Shown piece by piece: positions 30,763 to 41,396 of a DNA stretch of 64,000 nucleotides. Numbering within the stretch: the stretch's first letter is position 1; the number at the start of each line of letters is the position of its first letter. The notes under the pieces were generated by a model. It did not search any database. It had not been told where the DNA came from and worked only from the letters and a program-made list of their open reading frames with translations. The stretch spans positions 294,547 through 358,546 of the forward strand of contig CAXTYC010000002.1 in the NCBI GenBank assembly GCA_964248365.1. The letters are read 5' to 3'. Made by a program: the position numbers and the translations under genes. Origin of the DNA: an uncultured Chroococcidiopsis sp. Lineage in GTDB: Bacteria; Cyanobacteriota; Cyanobacteriia; Cyanobacteriales; Chroococcidiopsidaceae.

Positions 30763-30960
30763 GCTATTAGTATTCCCATTAAAGATGTTTTAGCAAAACG
30801 GATTTTGCCCAACTTAGTAATTATACCATGATTGGGCTAGAATTATTACCTACAACCAAGTGATATTGAAGTTGTAGTATATAGCTGGACTAAGGGTGTC
30901 GAAGTTGATGCGATCGCCGCTCATTCTCCTTGCAACCGCGAGTGTGGAAGGACAGGTTCA
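30763..30960 (+). pseudogene. Tyrosine recombinase/integrase fragment
   Basis: Across shifting frames: PIKDVLAKRIL / MIGLE / NQVILKL*YIAGLRVSKL (box I-like) / LQPR / EGQV. Confidence 0.7.
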
Positions 30961-31102
30961 AAGACGGTAGCCATAATTTTAGGAGAGAAATTGCCGCCCA
31001 CAGTGCTTGTACTTGTAACATTGTCGCTGTTGCGGCAAACGTTTTTGACCGTATAGCCTAGTTAGACATTTAGCACCCCCAAAGTAGTCGATACTGCACA
31101 GT

Positions 31103-32062
31103 TTAGCCACCCCAAACTCGCTCTAAAACAACTTGAGGGGGAATATCTGCCATTTTCCCAGTTGGAGATTTAATAGGAATAAAGCGATCGCGCGATGGCA
31201 GCAATTTTTTCGGGTCTGTAAGACCAAACAACGCGATAGTATAGGTTTGCACTGCTACAGCTAGTTGCATGGGCGCACCGTCGGTACATAGCATTAGATT
31301 TGCCCCTGCAATCATTGCGGCTAATTTACCTGTGTCCGGTGGGGATGTAATCTTAAGATTGGCATAGGATTGGGAAAGCGATCGCACCAATTGCTCATCC
31401 TCTGGTTCAGAGATCATGACAATGGGTAAATCTGGTTGGCGGCGTTGAAGATCTTGAATAATTTGCTGCCAATTTTCAAGTGGGTAGATTTTATCAATGC
31501 CCCTAGCCTGAGATAGTTCGCCCGAACCTGGGTAAATCAAAATATATCCAGTTTCCTTGATTCCCAGTCGTTGCTGTTCTTTTTCTGCCCACTTAATATC
31601 TGGTAGTGGTACATTGAGGGCAAGATCTGGACAGGGTGAGTTGATACCCAACCCTTGTAGCAAATCATGGTACATAGCAGCAGTATACTGCTCTGTTTTG
31701 AGGGGAACGGGGTTAGTGAGGAAAATCTTTCCAGCGCCCTGGTAGCCAATACGTACGGCAATTCCAGTCAACCACATCGATAAACCCACGAAAGGGCGCT
31801 GTACGAGAGAAATGACGACATCGTATTCACGATCGCGGATGTTACCGATTAAGTTAACCCAGTCTGTCAAGCTATTGCGATCTTTGAAATCGAATCGCAT
31901 CACATTAGAAACTGACTTACATACTCGGTAGGCGGCGGCGGCGCGAGGTTCTACCACGACATCTATTTGAGCGTCGGGGTAATAGCGCTTCAGGTCATCG
32001 AGGGTGGGAAAGAATAGAATTTGGTCGCCAATCCCGCCAGGGACTAGGGCTACTACTCGCAT
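31103..32062 (-). CDS. Glycosyltransferase family 9 (heptosyltransferase-like)
   Basis: GGIGDQILFFP, DG APMQLA-type motif, TIALFG. Confidence 0.92.
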   Translation of the reverse strand: MRVVALVPGGIGDQILFFPTLDDLKRYYPDAQIDVVVEPRAAAAYRVCKSVSNVMRFDFKDRNSLTDWVNLIGNIRDREYDVVISLVQRPFVGLSMWLTGIAVRIGYQGAGKIFLTNPVPLKTEQYTAAMYHDLLQGLGINSPCPDLALNVPLPDIKWAEKEQQRLGIKETGYILIYPGSGELSQARGIDKIYPLENWQQIIQDLQRRQPDLPIVMISEPEDEQLVRSLSQSYANLKITSPPDTGKLAAMIAGANLMLCTDGAPMQLAVAVQTYTIALFGLTDPKKLLPSRDRFIPIKSPTGKMADIPPQVVLERVWGG

Positions 32063-32273
32063 AATATTTCTTTACGCTTACTAGCTCACTATTTTAGGTG
32101 AACTAATACCTATGTGAAACAATAAAAAGTCGATAGTTTTCAATTATGAATAGAAGGCAGAAGGATGAAGGATGAAGGATGAAGGATGAAGACAAAGGTA
32201 AAAATGGAGACAAGAGGGAAAAAACCCTTACTTTGTGTCCCCAGTCCTGATTACTGAAGAAGCGAGGAACACT

Positions 32274-32978
32274 GTGCATTTATTAATTCCAGCGGCGGGG
32301 ATGGGACGACGGATGGGGAGCGATCGCAATAAACTTCTGTTGAGTTTGCGATCGCAGCCGTTGATTTCTTGGACTTTGCGCTGTGCGATCGCATCCCGTT
32401 ATATTAGTTGGATCGGAATTATCTCTATGCCAACTGATTGGGCATACTTGAAGGAAATTTTAGCCCTGCTTCCCCTGACCAAGCCAATACAGCTAATTGG
32501 GGGGGGAGCCACCCGTCAAGAATCTGTTTACAATGGTTTGCAAGCACTGCCACCAGACGCGAAGCAAGTGTTAATTCACGATGGAGCCAGGTGTTTAGCT
32601 ACACCAGATTTACTTGATAGATGTGCCGAAGCAATTCACCATTGTCCTGGTTTAATTGCTGCTGTACCAGTTAAGGATACAATCAAAGTTGTAGATGAAA
32701 CTCTTTTAATTCAATCTACACCAGAGCGGCGAAATCTGTGGGCAGCACAAACTCCGCAGGCATTTGACGTTCAAATGTTGAAACATTGTCATGAAGAAGG
32801 TCGTCGTCAAGGCTGGGAAGTTACTGATGATGCAGCTTTGTTTGAAAAGTGCGGCTACAGTGTACGAATTGTCGAAGGAGAGGAGACAAATCTCAAGCTG
32901 ACAACGCCAGTAGACTTGGCGATCGCTGAATTTATTCTCCAACAGCGGCTAGGGGCTAGAAGAAAGCTGGGGGAGTAG
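32274..32978 (+). CDS. ispD: 2-C-methyl-D-erythritol 4-phosphate cytidylyltransferase
   Basis: IPAAGMGRRM, GGATRQESV, IHDGAR, AQTPQ, TDD, NLKLTTP; likely GTG start at 32274. Confidence 0.97.
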   Translation: MHLLIPAAGMGRRMGSDRNKLLLSLRSQPLISWTLRCAIASRYISWIGIISMPTDWAYLKEILALLPLTKPIQLIGGGATRQESVYNGLQALPPDAKQVLIHDGARCLATPDLLDRCAEAIHHCPGLIAAVPVKDTIKVVDETLLIQSTPERRNLWAAQTPQAFDVQMLKHCHEEGRRQGWEVTDDAALFEKCGYSVRIVEGEETNLKLTTPVDLAIAEFILQQRLGARRKLGE

Positions 32979-33069
32979 GGGGAGCTGGGGGAGAAATTAT
33001 GAATTGCCTTTACCGCAATACCTCTTTACCCTTTTCCCTTTTACCAACTACCAACCACCAACTACCACT

Positions 33070-34131
33070 TTGAGAATTAGAGATATTGGGGAAAAAGGTC
33101 TTTTAGAACGCTTGCAGCGTTTTTGTCCGCCAGAGATTGTCGGCGATGATGCGGCTGTGCTGGCGACGCTACCTGGGCAATCTTTGGTAGTGACGACTGA
33201 TATGTTAGTGGATGGGGTACACTTTAGCGACTCTACCACCTCCCCTGAGGATGCGGGGTGGCGGGCAGCTGCGGCAAATTTATCTGATTTGGCAGCAATG
33301 GGCGCTACACCACTAGGCATTACTGTTGGTTTGGGATTACCTGGTGATGTTTCCGTCTCTTGGGTTGAGAGATTATATCATGGAATGAGCGAATGCTTGC
33401 AAAAATATCAAACAGCGATTGTGGGCGGAGATGTTTGTCGATCGCCTGTGATTACTGTAGCAATTACAGCGTTTGGGCAAGGTGAGCCAAATCGAGTTAT
33501 TCGTCGTAATGCTGCAAGGGTCGGGGATGCGATCGCCGTTACGGGTGTTCACGGTGCATCCCGCGCTGGATTAGAATTATTGCTCCATCCTGAATTAGGA
33601 CACCATCTAAGCGACTGTGAACGCCTATCCCTAATACAAGCACATCAAAGACCACAACCTAGACTTGATGTATTGCCTATATTGTGGGAGATTTTAGAAT
33701 CTCAATCTCTGATCCAAAATCCGTCTTGGAAAGTTTGGCGCCAGCCAAACCGACACCGGCAACTTTCCGCAAAATCCAAAATTCAAATAGCTGGTATGGA
33801 TAGCAGCGATGGATTAGCTGATGCCATTGTGCAGCTATGTCAAGCCAGTGGCGTAGGGGCGACAATTGAGCGCAGTCAGATTCCTATTCCAGATGCTCTG
33901 ACTCGGTTTTCCCCCCAACAAGCACTTTCCTTTGCATTATATGGCGGCGAGGACTTTGAGTTAGTGCTGTGTATGCCTCCAGAACAAGCGGGGCTATTGG
34001 TGCAACGACTTGGTGATGGGGCAGCTATTGTAGGGGAGATCGTAGCCTCCTCAAAAGTTATATTACGCGATCGCACCAACGAAAACCCCGACCAAGTACT
34101 TAGCCTCAGTCGGGGATTCCAACATTTCTAA
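33070..34131 (+). CDS. thiL: Thiamine-monophosphate kinase with an in-frame palindromic insertion
   Basis: GDDAA, TDMLVDGVHF, NLSDLAAMG, MDSSDGL, GGEDFEL; likely TTG start at 33070. Confidence 0.96.
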   Translation: MRIRDIGEKGLLERLQRFCPPEIVGDDAAVLATLPGQSLVVTTDMLVDGVHFSDSTTSPEDAGWRAAAANLSDLAAMGATPLGITVGLGLPGDVSVSWVERLYHGMSECLQKYQTAIVGGDVCRSPVITVAITAFGQGEPNRVIRRNAARVGDAIAVTGVHGASRAGLELLLHPELGHHLSDCERLSLIQAHQRPQPRLDVLPILWEILESQSLIQNPSWKVWRQPNRHRQLSAKSKIQIAGMDSSDGLADAIVQLCQASGVGATIERSQIPIPDALTRFSPQQALSFALYGGEDFELVLCMPPEQAGLLVQRLGDGAAIVGEIVASSKVILRDRTNENPDQVLSLSRGFQHF

Positions 34132-34132
34132 C

Positions 34133-34284
34133 TAGGGGCTGGGGGCTAGGGGCTAGGGGCTAGGGAGCTGGGGGAGAATGATTAATTTCGAATGCGCGAA
34201 TTTTCTTTACCCTTTTCCCTTTTCCCTTTCCCCTTTTCCCTTTCCCCCTCACGCGCGCCCCTAGTCCCTAGCCTCTAATCCCTT
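34133..34284. repeat. Modular repeat cassette between convergent thiL and gap2
   Basis: GGGGCTA arm, then CCCTTTT arm and CCTAGTC/CCTAGCC units. Confidence 0.85.
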
Positions 34285-35298
34285 CTATTGCCACTTCTGA
34301 CCTACCAATTCAGCCAAGTCTACTACTCGCTGACTGTAGCCCCACTCGTTGTCATACCAAGCCATGACTTTAACCATGTCGTTGCCCATCACCATTGTCA
34401 GACTAGCATCCACAATGGAAGAACAGTCATGACCTTGATAGTCGGAGGATACAAGCGGGAGATCGCTATATTCCAGAATGCCTTTGAGGGAATTTTCTGA
34501 GGCTTCCTTCAGCACTTGATTCACTTCTTCAGCAAAAGTACCTTTCTCGACTATGGCGACCAAATCCACCATAGAAACGTTGGGGGTGGGAACTCGCAGT
34601 GCCACACCATTGAGCTTACCCTTTAGATCTGGTAGCACCAAAGCTACAGCTTTAGCTGCACCCGTAGAGGTGGGAACAATATTCATCGCTGCTGCTCTTG
34701 CCCGTCTGACATCTCGGTGGCTAGCATCCAGCAAACGTTGGTCGCCAGTGTAGCTGTGGGTAGTGGTCATTGTGCCTTTAATAATGCCGAATTTTTCGTG
34801 CAATACCTTCACAATGGGAGCCAAGCAGTTAGTGGTACAGCTAGCATTGCTGATAATGACGTGCTTATTGTGGTCATAGTCTTGGTGGTTTACACCGACT
34901 ACGAATGTACCATCATCGTTTTTGCCTGGAGCAGTGATCAGCACCTTCTTAGCACCAGCATTTAAATGTTTGGTTGCACCTTCTTTGCTGGTAAAAACGC
35001 CTGTCGATTCGATGATCAGGTCAATTTCCCAGTCTCTCCAGGGCAAGTTCTCTGGATTGCGATCAGATGTGCATTTAACAGTCTTGCCGTTAACGATGAT
35101 CGAGTTTTCATCGGCACTGATGTCGGCATTTTTTAACGTCCCCAGCATCGTGTCATACTTCAGCAGGTGAGCGTTGGTTTTCGGGTCAGAAGTGTCATTG
35201 ATAGCAACGAGATCGATATTGGTGTTTTCTCGCCCTAGCCAGCAACGCATAAAGTTACGTCCGATGCGCCCAAACCCATTAATTGCAACTCTAATCAC
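34285..35298 (-). CDS. gap2: NAD(P)-dependent glyceraldehyde-3-phosphate dehydrogenase (Calvin cycle)
   Basis: [29 protein letters not shown]-loop. Confidence 0.97.
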   Translation of the reverse strand: MIRVAINGFGRIGRNFMRCWLGRENTNIDLVAINDTSDPKTNAHLLKYDTMLGTLKNADISADENSIIVNGKTVKCTSDRNPENLPWRDWEIDLIIESTGVFTSKEGATKHLNAGAKKVLITAPGKNDDGTFVVGVNHQDYDHNKHVIISNASCTTNCLAPIVKVLHEKFGIIKGTMTTTHSYTGDQRLLDASHRDVRRARAAAMNIVPTSTGAAKAVALVLPDLKGKLNGVALRVPTPNVSMVDLVAIVEKGTFAEEVNQVLKEASENSLKGILEYSDLPLVSSDYQGHDCSSIVDASLTMVMGNDMVKVMAWYDNEWGYSQRVVDLAELVGQKWQ

Positions 35299-35450
35299 AG
35301 CTTCTTGCCCTCTGGTGTCTAGTGAATAAAATACCTACTGTTGACAATTGATCATATCGCAAAGGGCGGTATATTCTAAACTAGCTAGCCTTAGATTGAT
35401 ACAAAAAACACAAAACAATTCGGAATGTGTGCGCATTCGGAAGTCAGTAG

Positions 35451-35490
35451 TTTTGTAGTTTTGTAGTTTTGTAGTTTTGTAGTTTTGTAG
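35451..35490. repeat. (TTTTGTAG)x5 octamer tandem repeat
   Basis: Five perfect copies between the nadD 3' end and the gap2 start. Confidence 0.95.
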
Positions 35491-35521
35491 TTCTCCCACT
35501 CTCCCCCTCTCCCCCTCTCCC

Positions 35522-36154
35522 CTAGCCCCTCTTATACAAATTATGTGTGGCAATATAGCTTCTGACAGGTTCGCAAACAAGGTAACGAATCGAGCGATCG
35601 CCCCGACAATATTGGCGAATTAAGCTGCCAGAAACTCCTACCATAGGCATATGCAATAATTGCCATTTAATGCTAATAGATTGTGCTGCTAACTTTTGCA
35701 CTACTTGATCGCAAGCGAATTGAATTTCCCTATTTTCTTGCTCTTGTTGGACAGATGAGCCAAGTCTAGGCGCTACTATCCAATTACAAGCAGTGGCTAT
35801 TTCCTGTCGTCGATACCAACCTGGTAAAGTTTGAAAGGTATCCAGCCCTAGAATCCAGTACCAGTCAGTATTAGGGTAAGCAGCTTGCAGTTCAATTAAG
35901 GTTTGGATGGCGTAAGAGCCAGTGGAACCCTCGCGGGGGCTGGGGAAAATTGTAAAAGCTGGGTTAGAGGCGAGAGATCTTGCTACCATCTCCCATCGAT
36001 GCTCGAATGGGGAAGCTTGTTTATAGTGCGGATAGGGATTCGGAACCCAAATTACTTGCTCTAGCCCCATTTGGCTTAAAGCACTCTCGGCTATTAGCGA
36101 ATGCCCCCAGTGAACTGGATCAAATGTACCACCGAAAATTCCGATTTTTCCCAT
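35522..36154 (-). CDS. nadD: Nicotinate-nucleotide adenylyltransferase
   Basis: GGTFDPVHWGH, WILGLD, VSGSLIR. Confidence 0.95.
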   Translation of the reverse strand: MGKIGIFGGTFDPVHWGHSLIAESALSQMGLEQVIWVPNPYPHYKQASPFEHRWEMVARSLASNPAFTIFPSPREGSTGSYAIQTLIELQAAYPNTDWYWILGLDTFQTLPGWYRRQEIATACNWIVAPRLGSSVQQEQENREIQFACDQVVQKLAAQSISIKWQLLHMPMVGVSGSLIRQYCRGDRSIRYLVCEPVRSYIATHNLYKRG

Positions 36155-36169
36155 GCAACCACCAGATTA

Positions 36170-36450
36170 GGAAGAAGGAGCAGGGGGGCAGGGGGAGAGT
36201 GGGAGAGGGGGAGAGGCGAGAGGTACGAGGCACGAGGCTCATCAGAAGGCGAGAGGCGAGAGTGTTGGATTTTTTGTTTGTTTCCACAGTTGTGCTATCA
36301 GTAGACGTTTTTTCCTCTTGCCTCGTACCTCTTGCCTAAGCGCCCCTTGCCTCTTGCCTAAGCGCCCCTTTACCCTTTACCCTTTTCCCTTTTCCCCTAA
36401 CTGGTAACTGATAACTGGTAACTGGTAACTGATTTTCCTTTCCCCTTAAA
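36170..36450. repeat. Large modular repeat cassette between divergent nadD and murC
   Basis: GGGAGAG and GAGGCGA arm; CCTCTTG, CCCTTTT and GGTAACT arm. Confidence 0.85.
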
Positions 36451-36679
36451 CATTTTACCCAGATAAAAATAAAACACTGTTAGCTAAAAGTGTAAATAAA
36501 AGTCACTTAAACGGACAAATCTAACAGTATCAGATATAAAAATCTTAAACATGAGTAGCCACCGGAAAAATGTATTTCTTGATATGATATCGCGTGATCT
36601 TTGTACAGTATGCCTTGGGGGATCTGTGAAAGGTGGGCGGGTTTCCCGACTTGAGGCAACTGGTGTTGAGGTGTGAGGA

Positions 36680-38188
36680 GTGAAAATGACTAATTATGTT
36701 GATTTTAGCGGTAAGCCATTTCATTTCATTGGTATTGGTGGTATTGGGATGTCAGCCCTTGCCTATATCTTAGCCAAGCGCAAACTGCCTATTTCAGGCT
36801 CAGATATTCGTTCAAGCCATATTACTGAGAAATTAGCATCACTTGGCGCTCATATTTTTAGCCAACAAGAGGCTACTAATTTGGAGTTTTTTCTAGCTTC
36901 ATCTAACCTTGCCCAATCAGCTTTACCCGCTGCTATGGTAGGATTAAATAGTACGCAGGTACTAAAAGAAGCAGGGCAATTATTAGGTGAATCACTTGCA
37001 AATAAAGAAAAGGCATTGCCGCAAGTGATTTGTTCAACAGCAATTAATCCAGCTAATTTAGAGTATCGAGCCGCACTGGATTTAGGTTGTCCAATTTTTC
37101 ACCGTTCAGATCTACTATCCGCACTCATTGAGCAATACAACAGCATTGCCGTAGCTGGAACGCATGGTAAGACGACAACTAGCAGTATGATTGGGTACTT
37201 GTTACTCGTTGCTGGTCTCGATCCAACAATAATAGTTGGGGGAGAAGTAAAGGCATGGGAAGGTAATGCACGACTGGGCAAAAGTGAGTATCTGGTTGCC
37301 GAGGCAGATGAATCTGATGGTTCCCTAGTCAAGTTGGCTGCTCAAATAGGAGTAATTACCAACATTGAACTCGATCACCCAGATCACTACAAGAATTTAG
37401 AGCAAGTGGTTGCCACATTCAAAGTGTTTGCCCAACAGTGTAAAACCCTAGTGGCTTGCGTTGATTGTGCAACAGTACGCGATCGCCTCGCTCCGACAAT
37501 CAGCTATAGTCTAAACCCAGAGGCTGAAGCTGACTATACTGTCACCGATGTGGAATACCACACATTCGGCACAGCAGCTACGGTTTGGGAACGAAATAAA
37601 GAGCTAGGACGATTGAATTTGCAACTGCTAGGGCAACATAATCTTAGTAATGCGATCGCCGCTGTAGCAGTTGGTCGTTTATTAAATTTAGACTTTTCAG
37701 TAATTGCTAATAGCATTGCTACCTTTGAAGGCGCTCGTCGTCGGTTTGAGCTACGCGGCGAAGTTAATGGCATCTCTTTCATCGATGACTACGCTCATCA
37801 CCCAAGTGAGATTCAGGCAACTCTTGCCGCTGCTCGTTTACAAGCAAAACCACAAACTAGAATTGTTGCCATCTTCCAACCCCATCGTTACAGCCGTACA
37901 ATGGCGTTTCTACCCCAGTTTGCCCAATCGTTTAATCATGCAGATTTAGTAATTATCAGTGATATCTACAGTGCAGGTGAACCGAATTTAGGGCAGATTA
38001 ATGGGGAAAAACTAGCGCATAGGATTGCGAAATACAATCCCCAAGTGATATATCGACCGAATTTAGCCTCTATAAGCGAGTTTCTGGTACAAACACTACG
38101 CCCCAAAGACACAGCAATATTTTTAGGAGCAGGAAACCTCAATCAGATAATTCCAGAAGTCATGGCAACCATAAAAGGTAAAGGCTGA
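36680..38188 (+). CDS. murC: UDP-N-acetylmuramate--L-alanine ligase
   Basis: GIGGIGMS, AGTHGKTT, EADESD, DDYAHHP, FQPHRY. Confidence 0.98.
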   Translation: MKMTNYVDFSGKPFHFIGIGGIGMSALAYILAKRKLPISGSDIRSSHITEKLASLGAHIFSQQEATNLEFFLASSNLAQSALPAAMVGLNSTQVLKEAGQLLGESLANKEKALPQVICSTAINPANLEYRAALDLGCPIFHRSDLLSALIEQYNSIAVAGTHGKTTTSSMIGYLLLVAGLDPTIIVGGEVKAWEGNARLGKSEYLVAEADESDGSLVKLAAQIGVITNIELDHPDHYKNLEQVVATFKVFAQQCKTLVACVDCATVRDRLAPTISYSLNPEAEADYTVTDVEYHTFGTAATVWERNKELGRLNLQLLGQHNLSNAIAAVAVGRLLNLDFSVIANSIATFEGARRRFELRGEVNGISFIDDYAHHPSEIQATLAAARLQAKPQTRIVAIFQPHRYSRTMAFLPQFAQSFNHADLVIISDIYSAGEPNLGQINGEKLAHRIAKYNPQVIYRPNLASISEFLVQTLRPKDTAIFLGAGNLNQIIPEVMATIKGKG

Positions 38189-38295
38189 AGGATGAAGGAT
38201 GAAGGATGAAGGATAAAAATTAAATTTCATACTTTATACTTCATACTTCACACTTCATACTTATCTTGCCCCCCTGCCCCTCACCCCTCCTGAAT

Positions 38296-39210
38296 ATGTT
38301 AGACAGTAGTTTGATTTATTTACCTGGTACTAATTGTCAAGTTAAATCTCAGGTTCCTTTGGCGACACTCACATCGTTTCGGGTGGGAGGACCTGCCGAA
38401 TGGTACGTTGCTCCCCAGAACCTGGAAGCGCTACAAGCTAGCTTCGAGTGGGCGGCAAGGGAGGGATTAGCAGTGACGCTGTTAGGTGCGGGTTCTAACC
38501 TATTGGTAAGCGATCGCGGTATACCTGGTTTGGTAATTGGCACTCGCCATCTTCGTCACACCCAATTCAACCCTGATGGCAGGGTAACAGTAGCAGCAGG
38601 AGAACCCTTACCTCGCCTAGCATGGCAAGCAGCAGAGCGAGGCTGGCAGGGATTAGAATGGGCAGTAGGGATTCCTGGGAGCGTAGGCGGTGCGATCGTC
38701 ATGAATGCCGGAGCGCATAAAAGCTGTATAGCCGAAAGATTGGTCGATGCTCAAGTACTTTCACCTTCTGGAACCCTAAAAACCCTCACTTGCGACCAAC
38801 TTGGTTACAGCTACCGCACCTCATTACTGCAAGGAAGTCAGCATCTAGTTACACAAGCAACCTTTCAGTTGCAACCAGGTGCTGATCCACAAGCAGTGAT
38901 GGCAACAACCGCCCAGCACCTAGAGCAACGACGGCAAACTCAGCCTTACCACTTACCTAGCTGTGGTAGCGTCTTTCGTAATCCTCTGCCTTACACAGCA
39001 GGTTGGCTAATTGAGCAAACTGGTCTAAAAGGCTATCAAATTGGTGCAGCGCAAGTAGCACAACGCCACGCTAATTTCATTCTCAACTGCGGCGGTGCAA
39101 CAGCTAGTGATATCTCGCAGCTGATTAAATACGTTCAGCAACAAGTGGAACAACGCTGGTCGCTCAAGCTAGAGCCAGAAGTTAAGATGCTAGGATTTCA
39201 ACTTGTTTAA
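38296..39210 (+). CDS. murB: UDP-N-acetylenolpyruvoylglucosamine reductase
   Basis: [40 protein letters not shown] at 38296. Confidence 0.98.
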   Translation: MLDSSLIYLPGTNCQVKSQVPLATLTSFRVGGPAEWYVAPQNLEALQASFEWAAREGLAVTLLGAGSNLLVSDRGIPGLVIGTRHLRHTQFNPDGRVTVAAGEPLPRLAWQAAERGWQGLEWAVGIPGSVGGAIVMNAGAHKSCIAERLVDAQVLSPSGTLKTLTCDQLGYSYRTSLLQGSQHLVTQATFQLQPGADPQAVMATTAQHLEQRRQTQPYHLPSCGSVFRNPLPYTAGWLIEQTGLKGYQIGAAQVAQRHANFILNCGGATASDISQLIKYVQQQVEQRWSLKLEPEVKMLGFQLV

Positions 39211-39508
39211 CACTCACAAGGATCAATAGACTTCTTGCAGAAGTAGGGAAAAGGGAAAAGGCGCTCATGTTAAAGGATAATTCGTAATTATCTTTATCTC
39301 CCTACAGCAATCCCTGCTCTATTCCTAGTCTCTAACATCAGCGCCACCATAAGACAATTGGCACTAAAGCAAGAGGTCTAATCTAGGTATGCTGGGGCAT
39401 AGTATTTATTCTCTATGAGCAAGTAGAGTACTTGAGTGCCTAACGCACCCTACAGCGCATCTATAATTTAATGGAACTTTTATCTAATTTAAAACCACTC
39501 AACTAGAT

Positions 39509-39853
39509 ATGACACAAGGAAAAGGATTCGGCTTTGGTCTAGGAAAAATGAAAGAACTCGCAGATGCTTTCAAAAAGGCACAGCAAGTTCAAGAGGGCGC
39601 AAAAAGGCTCCAAGAAGAACTCGAAGAAATGGAGATTGTTGGAGAAGCAGGCGGCGGTTTGGTGAAAGTGGTTCTGAGCGGCAATCAAGAACCTCGGCGG
39701 GTAGAAATTGCCCAACAGGCTGTGTCAGAAGGAGTAGATGTGCTGTCCGATCTTGTCACAGCAGCCATGAAAGACGCTTACAACAAATCCACAGCCACAA
39801 TGCGGGAACGCATGGAAGAATTAACCAGTGGTTTGGAGATCCCTGGAATGTAA
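39509..39853 (+). CDS. ybaB: YbaB/EbfC nucleoid-associated protein
   Basis: [25 protein letters not shown]. Confidence 0.93.
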   Translation: MTQGKGFGFGLGKMKELADAFKKAQQVQEGAKRLQEELEEMEIVGEAGGGLVKVVLSGNQEPRRVEIAQQAVSEGVDVLSDLVTAAMKDAYNKSTATMRERMEELTSGLEIPGM

Positions 39854-39984
39854 CAAAATCAGGAGAAAGGAGTTGTGGAGCCAGAAGCTGTGAAGTTGTG
39901 AATATTTAATTCTTTCCTCTCCCCCCTGCACCCGAAGCTCCCCTGCCCCCTACTCCACAACTCCACAACTCCTCACTTGTAGGT

Positions 39985-40479
39985 ATGCCTTACAAACTAC
40001 TTTTTGTCTGCCTTGGTAACATCTGCCGATCGCCAGCAGCAGAAAACATCATGAATTATCTGATTTTGCAAAACCAACTAAGCAAACAGATAATTTGTGA
40101 CTCTGCTGGCACATCAAGCTATCACATTGGTAGTCCCCCTGACCAACGTATGACAGCAGCAGCAGCCAGTCGGCTAGGAATTAAACTACGTGGTCAGGCT
40201 CGTCAGTTAAAAAAGTCAGATCTGGAAAACTTTGACTTGATTTTAGCGATGGATCTCGTCAACTACCAAGAGATTTTGGCTCTCGATTCAGCCGAGCAAT
40301 ACCGAGATAAAGTGCATTTGATGTGCGATTTTTGCTCTAAGTACAGCACTAAGGAAGTTCCAGACCCCTACTATGGAGGAGCAGAAGGATTTAATCATGT
40401 TATCGATTTACTCCAAGACGCTTGTAATGGGCTACTTCAGCACGTAAATGAGGAAATAAGGATGAAGGATAAAGGCTAA
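39985..40479 (+). CDS. Low-molecular-weight protein-tyrosine phosphatase
   Basis: CLGNICRS, DSAGT, VPDPYYG. Confidence 0.96.
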   Translation: MPYKLLFVCLGNICRSPAAENIMNYLILQNQLSKQIICDSAGTSSYHIGSPPDQRMTAAAASRLGIKLRGQARQLKKSDLENFDLILAMDLVNYQEILALDSAEQYRDKVHLMCDFCSKYSTKEVPDPYYGGAEGFNHVIDLLQDACNGLLQHVNEEIRMKDKG

Positions 40480-40736
40480 AGGTTGAAGGGAAAAGGGGAA
40501 AGGGAAAAGGCGCTCATGTTAAAGGGTAAAGGGAAGTTGAAGAGTTTCTCGTTAAGAGTGTTGAGTTTTGAATTGTTTAAGTTTTTAACTCATAACTCAC
40601 GCATTCTTTACGAGAAACTTTTTAACCTTCATACTTCATCCTTCATCCTACCCAAGCTGTGCCGGCGGTAACTAAGCGAACGGCAAATTCGGGGTACGGG
40701 AAGGCTTCACCTACATACTTCATACTTTTTTCGCCC

Positions 40737-41396
40737 CTATTCCAACAACCGATTTTTCATAGCAAAGCCAACTAGTTCGGCGCGGTTATTAGTGGCAGTT
40801 TTGCGTAATAAGTTGCTAACGTATTTTTCCACTGTGCGAGGACTCAGGTGTAGTCGAGTACCAATTTGAGCATTGGAAAGACCATGGGTTAGCATGACTA
40901 AAACTTCCCGTTCTCGATCTGTTAAGTGGAAAGATAATTCAGGTTTTTGGGTTGTAACTGTGGGGGGCTGTACAGAAGTACGCCAGCCTTCTTCGTAGGA
41001 TAAGCGATATTCTGATTGGAGCATTTGCGATCGCTCCAAAAGATTGCGAATTGCTGCTGCTAGTTCTTGCAACTCAAACGGCTTAGGTAAATACAGATCT
41101 GCACCTGATTGGTAGCCTTGAATCCTTTCCTCCGTTTTGTTGCGTTCTGTTAAGAATATTACTGGCAACAATCGTAGCGAAGGGTGCTGTCGTACGCTTC
41201 GCACAAGTTGATAACCGTTCATGCGGGGCATGACAATATCAGTCACCATTAAATGAGGACGATACGACTCAACCATGTCCAACGCTTGTTGACCATCAGC
41301 AGCCGTGATGACTGAATAGCCACACATTTCAAGATAATCGCTAATGGCTAGACGAGTTCCAGGATCGTCATCAACAACAAGGATGGTCAAAGGCAT
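40737..41396 (-). CDS. NarL/LuxR-family response regulator
   Basis: REC domain (VDDD, DIVMP, KPF) plus LuxR HTH (LTDRE...GLSNAQIG..LSPRTV). Confidence 0.95.
   Translation of the reverse strand: MPLTILVVDDDPGTRLAISDYLEMCGYSVITAADGQQALDMVESYRPHLMVTDIVMPRMNGYQLVRSVRQHPSLRLLPVIFLTERNKTEERIQGYQSGADLYLPKPFELQELAAAIRNLLERSQMLQSEYRLSYEEGWRTSVQPPTVTTQKPELSFHLTDREREVLVMLTHGLSNAQIGTRLHLSPRTVEKYVSNLLRKTATNNRAELVGFAMKNRLLE

Noticed and set aside
40652..40715. GC-rich stretch considered as a group II intron end or ncRNA
   Set aside because: No domain V consensus; it is embedded in CTTCATA repeats and is more likely a small dispersed repeat.
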